Shown: piece by piece, positions 1 to 7,811 of the stretch
Layout: each line of letters opens with the position of its first letter
Numbering within the stretch: position 1 is the first letter of the stretch
Source: Desulfobulbaceae bacterium
GTDB lineage: Bacteria; Desulfobacterota; Desulfobulbia; Desulfobulbales; Desulfobulbaceae
DNA: 41,049 nt
Direction: 5' to 3'
NCBI GenBank assembly: GCA_015493715.1
Contig: WGCP01000369.1
Span: forward strand, 1-41,049
The notes under the pieces: generated by a model
Told to the model about the DNA's origin: nothing
Seen by the model: the letters and a program-made list of their open reading frames with translations, nothing else
Database searches by the model: none
Translations under genes and position numbers: made by a program

Positions 1-151
1 CCCCTCTTTTGCAAGGATACTTGCCGTCAGATGCCTGATAGCATGAAGACCAAAATGTTTAACCTTGGCCCGCCTGCAAAGATGCTTCATCCAATGAAGG
101 CGATGAATATAGGGTTGCCCGGTTTCAGGGTCGGGAAATACCCAGATATCG
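1..151 (-). pseudogene. 3' part of a tyrosine recombinase (phage-type integrase) gene split by the prophage; runs off the window
   Basis: Minus-strand frame from 150 reads DIWVFPDPETGQPYIHRLHWMKHLCRRAKVKHFGLHAIRHLTASILAKEG, which includes an H-x-x-R box. It is in frame with the 40898-41049 fragment once the prophage and one ATCG copy are removed. Confidence 0.8.
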
Positions 152-198
152 TGTAGCGCGGCGGTTGCTTTAGAACCATTGCGCGGTTGCTTTAGAAC
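152..198 (+). repeat. Prophage end (Mu attR-equivalent) with two direct copies of a putative transposase-binding motif
   Basis: TGTAGCGCGGCGGTTGCTTTAGAAC at 152-176. The identical 16-mer GCGGTTGCTTTAGAAC occurs at 161-176 and 183-198 (22-bp phasing). The reverse complement matches the other end at 17 of 25 positions. Confidence 0.7.
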
Positions 199-289
199 TT
201 GAGTTGCAAGGTGTTTTTAGCGAAAAAATGCTCTAAAGGGTATTTCAGCACTCTTTAACCAGCGTTGAAAAGAGTAAGGAAAGAATCAG

Positions 290-694
290 TCAGCTATCAA
301 ATTCAGGACCGAATATATCAGAAGGAGCGTTCATCTCTTCCGGCAGGTTTTTTCCATCCCAGAACCATGGGGCACCAAAACTCCTTACTATATAATAATA
401 GGTAAGGGCCATAACCCTGCGGGCCGGCTTAAGGGCTTTTTTAGAATCGTGGTTAATTATTCTGAGCATGTTATTGAGGAAAACCCGATCGGCAACCCGC
501 CGATCATTTTCATCCTCCCCCATCGCATACATATAATCATGTATATCACAGGCATCGCTGATATCGAGCCCGAGCAGTTTGTCGGGAATAAACTCGGCCA
601 GAAAGTTTGGGCCGCAGCCATCACAAATTTCAGCACGAGCCGCGTCAGACAGTAGCCAGTAATCCGCCGGGGCATAAAGCAAGGTCGAAGTCAC
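290..694 (-). CDS. Hypothetical protein, possible phospholipase A2-like fold (Gly-loop plus HD dyad motifs)
   Basis: ORF track 290..700. AGGAG lies 6 nt upstream of GTG at 694. Motifs: CDGCGPN, then DACDIHDYMY, then ADRVF, resembling the sPLA2/parvovirus VP1u Ca-loop, HDxxY and distal Asp. This is the last gene before the phage end. Confidence 0.5.
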   Translation of the reverse strand: MTSTLLYAPADYWLLSDAARAEICDGCGPNFLAEFIPDKLLGLDISDACDIHDYMYAMGEDENDRRVADRVFLNNMLRIINHDSKKALKPARRVMALTYYYIVRSFGAPWFWDGKNLPEEMNAPSDIFGPEFDS

Positions 695-863
695 TCTCAA
701 CTCCTATAGGGGTAAAATCGGTTGACCATAGACCATCGTCAACCCGACAGTGCCAAATGACACCGCCATCTTCAAACGAATAATATCCGGTTGTGATAAA
801 GTCATCGTCAATGATCAGCACCGCCAGTTGATACTCGCCAAGTCCGAACGTATTATTTTTCAT
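645..863 (-). CDS. Hypothetical small protein (72 aa)
   Basis: Internal ATG of ORF 645..926. No clear SD. Overlaps both neighbouring genes. Confidence 0.3.
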   Translation of the reverse strand: MKNNTFGLGEYQLAVLIIDDDFITTGYYSFEDGGVIWHCRVDDGLWSTDFTPIGVESDFDLALCPGGLLATV

Positions 864-1149
864 CTTTTGGAACCCATGGTTGAATGTTATCGGACGTTCC
901 CGTCCCTCCACCATCGAGCAATGCATAAACTATTGACCTTATCCCTTTGACAACCGCTTCCGCCTGCCTGGAAGGAACCTCTGTATGAGGGTCCTGTGCA
1001 AAGCCAAGCAGTACCTGAAATATCTGATCTATGTAGGGCCTGGTTTGCTCGTGTCTGGCGGTTGATGTCCACTTGCGCAGCCATCCGGACCCAATAGATA
1101 ATAACGCGGGGATCAGTGCCCGAACAATCGCCTGGATAATAAAACTCAT
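853..1149 (-). CDS. Small membrane protein (98 aa)
   Basis: Hydrophobic N-terminus FIIQAIVRALIPALLSIGSGW. ATGA start/stop overlap with the upstream lipoprotein gene. Confidence 0.6.
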   Translation of the reverse strand: MSFIIQAIVRALIPALLSIGSGWLRKWTSTARHEQTRPYIDQIFQVLLGFAQDPHTEVPSRQAEAVVKGIRSIVYALLDGGGTGTSDNIQPWVPKDEK

Positions 1150-1712
1150 TTTATCTCTCCTGCAGGAGCGCTTTGCGAATCAGGTTGCGGCATTGTATCA
1201 TGGCTGTCGGTCAAAACCCGCGAAGGTCCGGTCAAGCTGCCGTCTCTGCCGGCATTGAGGTCCATGTTATTATAGGAATCATAAATGTTGAGCGGCCCTC
1301 CGCCGGTCACATAACGTGGCCCGAGCGCCTGCTTCATCACCTCGTATCCTGCTGATACCATCTTGCCGGCATAATACCAGGGGATAAATGGGACCACAAA
1401 ATTGCCGACCGAACTTATGTATTCAGGGGCATCAGCGGGCGGAGTGATGGCCGTCGGTTGCTGCTGGGCGGCAGTATTGAGCGTTTCTTTATCATAGGTA
1501 ATATAAACCAACATGTCATCAAGCGGTGTGTCAGTTTTTCCGGCTGCTTCCATAGCCTTGTTGAACATCTCCAGCCTGGCGGCTATAATCTGCGCTCGCC
1601 TTTCGGCTAAAAAACGGCCCTGGTTGTCAATCGCAGTATAATAGTCATGCCGACTACAGCCGCCCAACACCAGACACAACATACCGGCTACAATTATTGT
1701 TGATATCTTCAT
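1146..1712 (-). CDS. Lipoprotein (188 aa)
   Basis: Signal peptide plus lipobox MKISTIIVAGMLCLVLGGC. GGAGAGG SD 6 nt upstream of the ATG. Confidence 0.75.
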   Translation of the reverse strand: MKISTIIVAGMLCLVLGGCSRHDYYTAIDNQGRFLAERRAQIIAARLEMFNKAMEAAGKTDTPLDDMLVYITYDKETLNTAAQQQPTAITPPADAPEYISSVGNFVVPFIPWYYAGKMVSAGYEVMKQALGPRYVTGGGPLNIYDSYNNMDLNAGRDGSLTGPSRVLTDSHDTMPQPDSQSAPAGEIK

Positions 1713-1727
1713 AAAAACCTCTCCAGT

Positions 1728-2582
1728 TTAAAGGAGCGCGGTTAGTGCTTTCAAAAACACTTTTTCAATATTTCTGGCGAAGAATATCAGGTCGCCGCCA
1801 TCTTCAACCTTGATATCTACCGTGTCCGAGCCCGCTCGAAACTCAAGCTCGGCATCGCCGAACTCGATAACGACCGAACTTTTGACGACAGCTTTAACAA
1901 ATTCAATTTCATGGCTTTCAGACCCGACTTCTACTAAAGGCGGCCCATCCGGGTTCTCTTGCATCATTTCATCAGCCTCAGCCCGCAGGGTAGCATTGAC
2001 AGCTACATTTGGATTTCCCAGCGGGCCGACAATATTATGTTCATCGGGGTCGCTGTCATCCACCAGAAACACCTCGTTGCACTGCACACCCTCTGGTTTA
2101 ATGCACTCCGGGCATTCGGAACCCTCGGCAATGTTTTTTTCATAATCGCTTTCAGACGGCAGTCCCGTCGAATTTTCATCGTCTGAGGCATCGACATATT
2201 TCGGGTCCGTTATTTCTATTTTTTTTATCACCTTGGGTGGCTCGAAATGGTCATCATCGTCGGCGTCTGTATTACCACCAACAAGCGCCCCTATCTTGCC
2301 GGCATCTACACGAGTAACGTTTTGCGTTAATCTTGCCCGTATCCCCGTCAGGGCATTGAGCAAGTCAGCCCCGGCTTTGCCTTTGGTCACGTTATAGCAA
2401 GGTCGGCACAGACCTGATGACTGGATATTCTTTTCCCGGCCACAATTGCAACAAGAGCCTGTCTCCCCTTGTTTGAGTACCGGCCTTTTGAAATATTGCG
2501 CTAATCCACGTAATCGGAAATTACCATAGGACAGAACTTCAGACGGTATGTCGGTCCATGGGAAATCAGTTTCCGCACCCAT
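1728..2582 (-). CDS. Acidic protein with N-terminal Cx2C-x11-Cx2C zinc-ribbon-like motif (284 aa)
   Basis: CCNCGREKNIQSSGLCRPC motif, followed by a long D/E-rich region. The ATG overlaps the stop of the upstream gene (TAATG). Confidence 0.7.
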   Translation of the reverse strand: MGAETDFPWTDIPSEVLSYGNFRLRGLAQYFKRPVLKQGETGSCCNCGREKNIQSSGLCRPCYNVTKGKAGADLLNALTGIRARLTQNVTRVDAGKIGALVGGNTDADDDDHFEPPKVIKKIEITDPKYVDASDDENSTGLPSESDYEKNIAEGSECPECIKPEGVQCNEVFLVDDSDPDEHNIVGPLGNPNVAVNATLRAEADEMMQENPDGPPLVEVGSESHEIEFVKAVVKSSVVIEFGDAELEFRAGSDTVDIKVEDGGDLIFFARNIEKVFLKALTALL

Positions 2583-3808
2583 TAATTCATGCTCCTGCCT
2601 ATATGGTCAGCAGCCTCATTAGCCGTCTTCAGGTTGAGTCGAACCTGCGCGGAGGGATCGGATATTTTCGGACGTTGCTCCATCACCCATTGACAACCAT
2701 TATTGTCAGGATCCTCTATATGTGTCGCCACATGAATCCCAAACGTTTGCCACCACTTCCGGAAAAAGGCGAACCAGGGAATTTTTCCACCTGCCTGCCA
2801 GTTTGGCTCGGTTGCTCCTGATGTGCCCGCCCTGGTGCACTTATACACCGTACCACCTGGTGTTTTTATTGTACTCGGACGAATACGATCATTAAGGTTG
2901 TAGGCATGCCCAGGCTGCCATTGACCGATTGCGGTATTATGAACGGTCCACTGGACACCAGCGGCGTCAGGGTCATCTATCGTCGCTCCGTCAACCGTTG
3001 ACCAGGTTGGTTCGGTCGCACCTGATGTCCCGTCCCGTGTGCATTCAAAGTAGACCCATCCATTACCGAAAAGCGTAGTGGCCACGACCAGGTCACCTGT
3101 TGTATATGCGGTAGATGCGGTCCATTTTTCACCTGCCGCCAACTCCGCAGATGATGTAATATGGACTCGCCCGGGCGACAAATTCCATGTGGCTGTATAT
3201 TCAGTGCGGGTTGCCTCAGATTCATTGTCATACGCCTGTCCGATTTCCGTGTCATTGGCAAATATTCGGACAACGACGGGCCGGTCAGGGAGAGTTCCCG
3301 TAATAGTTGCGCCTTCAGTGTTCGTCCAGGTTGGTTCCGTCTCTCCGGACAGTCCTCCACGTATACATTCATAATACCATCCGTAGGCTGGATCAGTGGA
3401 GGCGAATACCCTGTCGCCTATGGTGTAAATGCTATTCTTGAACCATTGATAATATGCGTTATTATGCACCGCCGTCCACTGTACGCCGGAACCATCGGGG
3501 TCATCGACCAGGGAGCCGTCGACCGTCGGCCAGGTCGGCTCGGTCGCATCTGACGTGCCCGCCCGTGTACACTCGTAATAAACGCCATAAACCGGGGTGG
3601 TTCCGACAACCGTGGCGCCTGTGGAATATGCGGTTGACGCTTGCCATGTGGCCGGAGTCCCACTGTCGTGGACAACCCATTGCACCGGATACCAGTTGGA
3701 ACCCTCATTCCAGGAAAACGTTTGCGTATAATTCGCAGCCTGTAGCTGTGAACTTAATCCAATTAAAAATAATACTAATATCCTGGAAAACACCATTAAT
3801 CCATTCAT
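2582..3808 (-). CDS. Signal-peptide protein with four CBM5/12-like carbohydrate-binding repeats
   Basis: Start taken at MNGLMVFSRILVLFLIGLSSQLQA-AN (Sec-like). Four repeats of W..(S/G)TAY..G..V......Y(Y/F)EC(T/I)R.G(T/L)SG.TEP(T/N)W. Confidence 0.75.
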   Translation of the reverse strand: MNGLMVFSRILVLFLIGLSSQLQAANYTQTFSWNEGSNWYPVQWVVHDSGTPATWQASTAYSTGATVVGTTPVYGVYYECTRAGTSDATEPTWPTVDGSLVDDPDGSGVQWTAVHNNAYYQWFKNSIYTIGDRVFASTDPAYGWYYECIRGGLSGETEPTWTNTEGATITGTLPDRPVVVRIFANDTEIGQAYDNESEATRTEYTATWNLSPGRVHITSSAELAAGEKWTASTAYTTGDLVVATTLFGNGWVYFECTRDGTSGATEPTWSTVDGATIDDPDAAGVQWTVHNTAIGQWQPGHAYNLNDRIRPSTIKTPGGTVYKCTRAGTSGATEPNWQAGGKIPWFAFFRKWWQTFGIHVATHIEDPDNNGCQWVMEQRPKISDPSAQVRLNLKTANEAADHIGRSMN

Positions 3809-3812
3809 CGAT

Positions 3813-5252
3813 TTACCTTGAATATTTAAAGTAAAAATCATCGTTAATGTCCAAGAGTCCAACTGTGCCTAAATCCCATGTTAAGGTACGGGTCGTATAT
3901 TTATTCCCGTCAGAATATGGATTGCTATTGGAATAAGAGAAGTTTGCGGTTGTCCCGGAAGAAACTTGACACGCAACACTCATAACGTCACCAACGGACA
4001 TTGAAGCCGGAGTAGGGAATTGGACCGCTATTTCTCCAGGGGCTGCAACTGAGGCAGAACCTTTTGCATAATTTGAAGATAAATCCAACTGCCCGCTTGA
4101 GGTTGAGGCCCTGCAGGTGATTGTTCCCGATGTCGTCACAGAGTCTATTTGTAATATAACTTTTGACAAGTTGCCGTCTCCACCTTGTGGGACAGTCCAA
4201 GTTTGGCCAATTGTAGAACTATCATTGAGGCTATATGCATGGCCTGTTTCTGTGTTAATTGTAATTATTGGATCCGGATAATCCCACACCACCCATGCTC
4301 CTGTTTCGTCCCTGTAGTCCCAGTGATTTTGCGACACGCACATAAAGCTGAACTTATTCGCTGAATCCCACGCGAAATCTCCTGGTGCGCATGAAGAATC
4401 AGAATATAACGGAACCACCTTGTAATGAGATACTGCCGGAGAACATACAATTGTGCCATCATTGTTGATCGAAACAATAAATTCACCAACGCCACATGAT
4501 CCTGTAATAGCATTCTGCTTAGATTGCAGATCGCTGTTAGACGGCACATCAAGCGCCGTTCGCGCCGCCGCCACATTATCCAGATCGGATAGATTGTTTG
4601 ATTTTACAAGAGGCGTCACCCATCCGAGCGTCTGTGCCCCGTCTGTGGCCATAACCTGGCCGGAGAGGCCGTCATCGGCTGGCAGTATCCACAACAAGTC
4701 TCCAGCCTGGCTGCCGTCCAGGTTGACATCTGTCGGCGCTTTGAAACCGATCATGTCGTCACCTGCTGAGTCAGGATCTTCGTGGACCGCCATTTCTCCC
4801 GTTGCCCCGGCCGGCGGCGGGTTAATGTCAAGGCTGTCACACTGTAGATAGGTAAAATGCGCAGGGGCCGGCAGCACATCCCCTATTTCGCCGGGAGAAT
4901 GGAGATCCGTCGAACCACTGCCGCTGCCGGTGGCATTGACAATCGGATGCGTTGGATCTGTGTTGTCGACGGAAATATTTGTGCCAGGCTGGATCGTTTC
5001 GATCTTTGTGTCCAGGGCCGCCTGGGTGGCCGTTGAGATCGACTTGTCGGCATCGTGGGTATTGTCGACGTTGCCCAGCCCCAGATTATTCCGGGCCGCC
5101 TGTACCGTCTGGGCGTTGGTGCCGCCGTTGGCAATATCCATGGCGCCGTTGCCGTCTGCATCCAGTTCCTTGGCCGCATACAGCGTGTAAGGCGTCAGCA
5201 CCATTACCAGCGCCATTATCGCAATCAAATTTCGTCCGTGTCGAATAATCAT
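3813..5252 (-). CDS. Tail-fibre-like protein with hydrophobic, signal-like N-terminus
   Basis: GGTNAQTVQAARNNLGLGNVDNTHDADKSISTATQAALDTK is a classic phage fibre motif. N-terminus is MIIRHGRNLIAIMALVMVLTPYTLYA-AKE. Start is coupled to the upstream stop (GTGATGA). Confidence 0.8.
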   Translation of the reverse strand: MIIRHGRNLIAIMALVMVLTPYTLYAAKELDADGNGAMDIANGGTNAQTVQAARNNLGLGNVDNTHDADKSISTATQAALDTKIETIQPGTNISVDNTDPTHPIVNATGSGSGSTDLHSPGEIGDVLPAPAHFTYLQCDSLDINPPPAGATGEMAVHEDPDSAGDDMIGFKAPTDVNLDGSQAGDLLWILPADDGLSGQVMATDGAQTLGWVTPLVKSNNLSDLDNVAAARTALDVPSNSDLQSKQNAITGSCGVGEFIVSINNDGTIVCSPAVSHYKVVPLYSDSSCAPGDFAWDSANKFSFMCVSQNHWDYRDETGAWVVWDYPDPIITINTETGHAYSLNDSSTIGQTWTVPQGGDGNLSKVILQIDSVTTSGTITCRASTSSGQLDLSSNYAKGSASVAAPGEIAVQFPTPASMSVGDVMSVACQVSSGTTANFSYSNSNPYSDGNKYTTRTLTWDLGTVGLLDINDDFYFKYSR

Positions 5253-5740
5253 CACCAGGTTACCCCCTCGCCGCCAAATGTTACGCTCTCTCCTCCGAAG
5301 GTCACATCACCCCCGGCCCCGGAAGCCTCTGCCGTTGGAGGTCCGATCTGCTCGACAATCACCGTCCCGTCGGTTTGGTGGTCAAATACCAGGCCGTCTA
5401 TTTTGCCGTTCGGAACCAGGAAATATTCTTTCCCGGCCAGCAACCGTTTGGGAGGGTCATTACCTGCCACGTTGATATGCATATCCAGGTAAACGGTGGA
5501 TGTGATCAGGATCGTGCGCAACAGTTGCGGCTGGGCAAACTGCACGGCCACTGATCCAGCGCCGGTGAACGTCTCATCGTGGCGATCTCTGAGCAGATTG
5601 AATGCCGGCAGGTCAGACGTGCGGACAATCCCGTCCAGGTAATCCAGGATGTCCGTGGTCTCAAACCCGACCGCACCGGCGGCCAGGATCCCGGATGGTG
5701 TCTTGTAGTTATTTGCACCGATATTGTTATACGTTGGCAT
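5252..5740 (-). CDS. Hypothetical tail/fibre-associated protein (162 aa)
   Basis: In the late operon and coupled to the fibre-like gene. No motif recognised. Confidence 0.6.
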   Translation of the reverse strand: MPTYNNIGANNYKTPSGILAAGAVGFETTDILDYLDGIVRTSDLPAFNLLRDRHDETFTGAGSVAVQFAQPQLLRTILITSTVYLDMHINVAGNDPPKRLLAGKEYFLVPNGKIDGLVFDHQTDGTVIVEQIGPPTAEASGAGGDVTFGGESVTFGGEGVTW

Positions 5741-5752
5741 TTTAAACTCCTG

Positions 5753-6295
5753 TTAAAGCCGGGGATCAACCCAACTGGTCAACTCTTCCAGCGTCTTTGT
5801 CTGCAGGTCGGCCTTGATCTGCCAACCGTCCGCCAGGCATTGCCGGATATACATTTTCCCTGCCCGAACAAATGTCTTGTATTCGTCCAGACTGTTAATC
5901 GTCAGGAATACGGGAGCCCCGGAGGCTGTTTTGTTGACCTTGACCTGGACGGGAAAATACCCGGATACATCCGCCCCGTCCCAGGCAAGCTCGGCGTACA
6001 TATTTTTTTCGCCTTCGAAGTTGTGCTGGTCGACTTCCAACAACCTGACCGGCTGCCCGTCCGCATCCGGATAGACGAAGCCTGTGGCAATCAGGACATC
6101 CGTGGTCGCGTTGACCGCTGATATCTTTTGAGCCAGCACCTGGTCCCTGGTGTAGACGGGATCAGGTGAATTCCCACCGGATAACCAGGTCTGATATTCC
6201 TGCCATTCCTGGCTTTCAGAATGGGGGTAAATAAATGCTTTAGTTTCAGTGTTTAAAACGGCGTCCCCATTCGTTAATTTGTATTTTGCACCCAT
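5753..6295 (-). CDS. Hypothetical tail-fibre-module protein (DUF4376/XkdW-like by pattern)
   Basis: 180-aa ORF in the fibre module. The family assignment rests on weak pattern resemblance only. Confidence 0.5.
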   Translation of the reverse strand: MGAKYKLTNGDAVLNTETKAFIYPHSESQEWQEYQTWLSGGNSPDPVYTRDQVLAQKISAVNATTDVLIATGFVYPDADGQPVRLLEVDQHNFEGEKNMYAELAWDGADVSGYFPVQVKVNKTASGAPVFLTINSLDEYKTFVRAGKMYIRQCLADGWQIKADLQTKTLEELTSWVDPRL

Positions 6296-6298
6296 AGC

Positions 6299-7006
6299 TT
6301 AACTCCCGTAGACGACCAGACTATCTATGTGTAATTTTAGGTTTGTGGAACCGCCTTTAGTGCTGGCGATAATTATGATCACATCTTCATTGACGACGGA
6401 ATTGACATTATCAGGTGGCTCGCCGTTATTATCAAGAATGGTTAAAGATATAATTCCTCCCGATTCCACATGTAAACCGGAAGGTATTGGTAAAATTGCG
6501 CATCTCCAATCAAGCACGTCATTAAAGATAGACAGATATGCTTTTGGAGTTGACCCGGAATTGATCATTATAATCTGCCCTTTCCTGCGTGCGTTGTATC
6601 GCTCGTCATGATCGCCGCTGGACTTGTGGGTGTTGAGCAGACTATTATTTTGTGCCTGGGTGTAATACCGCCCGTCGTGGTCACCGCTGGACTTGTGGGT
6701 GTTGAGCAGACTATTATTTTGTGCCTTGGTGTAATACCGCCCGTCATGATCACCGCTGGATTTATGGGTGTTGAGCAAGCCTGCAGCTAAAGTCTGTAGC
6801 AACCAGCGTTTTTGCCCTGCATTGGCACCGGGCGCAATAACATCCGGGGATGATGTAGATTCCCCACTGTCTGCGCTCAATCGATAAAAACGCACGTCTT
6901 CTCCATCCTCCACGACTATTGCCCAATCATTTTCTATGAGAGCAGCTCCATCTATAGCGCTGAGTTGAGATAAATCCGTACATGGATATACTTTGTAATC
7001 AGCCAT
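6299..7006 (-). CDS. Fibre-like protein with 23-aa tandem repeats
   Basis: LLNTHKSSGDHDGRYYT(K/Q)AQNNS is repeated about 2.6 times. The HD..YYTKA motif is typical of fibre proteins. Confidence 0.7.
   Translation of the reverse strand: MADYKVYPCTDLSQLSAIDGAALIENDWAIVVEDGEDVRFYRLSADSGESTSSPDVIAPGANAGQKRWLLQTLAAGLLNTHKSSGDHDGRYYTKAQNNSLLNTHKSSGDHDGRYYTQAQNNSLLNTHKSSGDHDERYNARRKGQIIMINSGSTPKAYLSIFNDVLDWRCAILPIPSGLHVESGGIISLTILDNNGEPPDNVNSVVNEDVIIIIASTKGGSTNLKLHIDSLVVYGS
6605..6778. repeat. 69-bp tandem repeat, about 2.5 copies, in frame within the CDS
   Basis: CCGCTGGA seed at 6615, 6684 and 6753 (period 69). Copies are near identical. Confidence 0.9.
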
Positions 7007-7007
7007 C

Positions 7008-7811
7008 CTATACGACCTCCTCTATGGTCAGATTAAGCGTTGCTGAATTTAATGACTCGTAAGCGCCCGTAGGGCCATCTCCAGGCATACGACCAAAAAC
7101 GAGATATTCAGCGTTATCGAAACAAAAAATTTTCCAAACAATAGGACGTCGGCCTATTCGATCATACAACTCTAAAATCTTTCTAAAATCAGACCGTTTT
7201 CTGGCGGTAACCGTACCACTGAAAACACGAACAATCGGGCCGGATTCTTCATACCAGGAACCGCCTTGGAGCTGTTCTTCCGCTCCATAATTTTTTCTTC
7301 CTTCTTGCACATTCCAATTATATTGTCCCAAATCGGTGAGCAATCCAGCTCTGATTCCCCCACCAAACCAATCTCTATCGTTTGCCCTGGCAATCGTTAA
7401 GGTAATAGTCAACGGAGCGACTGTCTCGGGCCATTGGATAAAAACATTTCGTCCTCTTGTATCAATCGAGGATGTCTTATTCTCAAAATCATTATTCGCC
7501 CAATTTACCGTATTGCTTGATTCTGGAGCCTCCCAACTAACAGAATCTCCCGAAAGCACCGGCGCCCAATTCCTGTTAAAATCACTCTCGATAGACGCCT
7601 CCACGTTGTAAAAAAAAGAATTTACCAACATGAGGGCGTTTGTTGTCCCTATGGTTTTAGCAGTAATAACTACGTCTCCACCAGGGCCGACCTTGCATGA
7701 ATTAGAGGGATGGTTATCAAGCAGATTGTTTGCCGGAAATCCAGGTAAAGCACCCGGGACTTCAACTGATACAATCCTATTCCTCTCTATAATTTGCAGG
7801 CCACCGCTCAC
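7008..7811 (-). CDS. Tail tip/baseplate-region structural protein (267 aa)
   Basis: Lies downstream of the tape measure. Overlapping start/stop with its neighbours. Confidence 0.6.
   Translation of the reverse strand: MSGGLQIIERNRIVSVEVPGALPGFPANNLLDNHPSNSCKVGPGGDVVITAKTIGTTNALMLVNSFFYNVEASIESDFNRNWAPVLSGDSVSWEAPESSNTVNWANNDFENKTSSIDTRGRNVFIQWPETVAPLTITLTIARANDRDWFGGGIRAGLLTDLGQYNWNVQEGRKNYGAEEQLQGGSWYEESGPIVRVFSGTVTARKRSDFRKILELYDRIGRRPIVWKIFCFDNAEYLVFGRMPGDGPTGAYESLNSATLNLTIEEVV

Noticed and set aside
457-675. 72-aa alternative-frame minus-strand ORF inside the PLA2-like gene
   Set aside because: It is fully nested in the longer ORF, which carries the coherent motif set. Its own translation is Cys/Met-rich and featureless.
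2582-3808. Diversity-generating retroelement targeting the repeat-rich lectin-like gene
   Set aside because: There is no reverse transcriptase ORF and no near-identical template/variable repeat pair anywhere in the window. The four repeats are diverged at the protein level in the ordinary way.
6605-6778. CRISPR-like array
   Set aside because: The repeats are contiguous with no spacers, are in frame, and encode a fibre motif. This is a coding tandem repeat.
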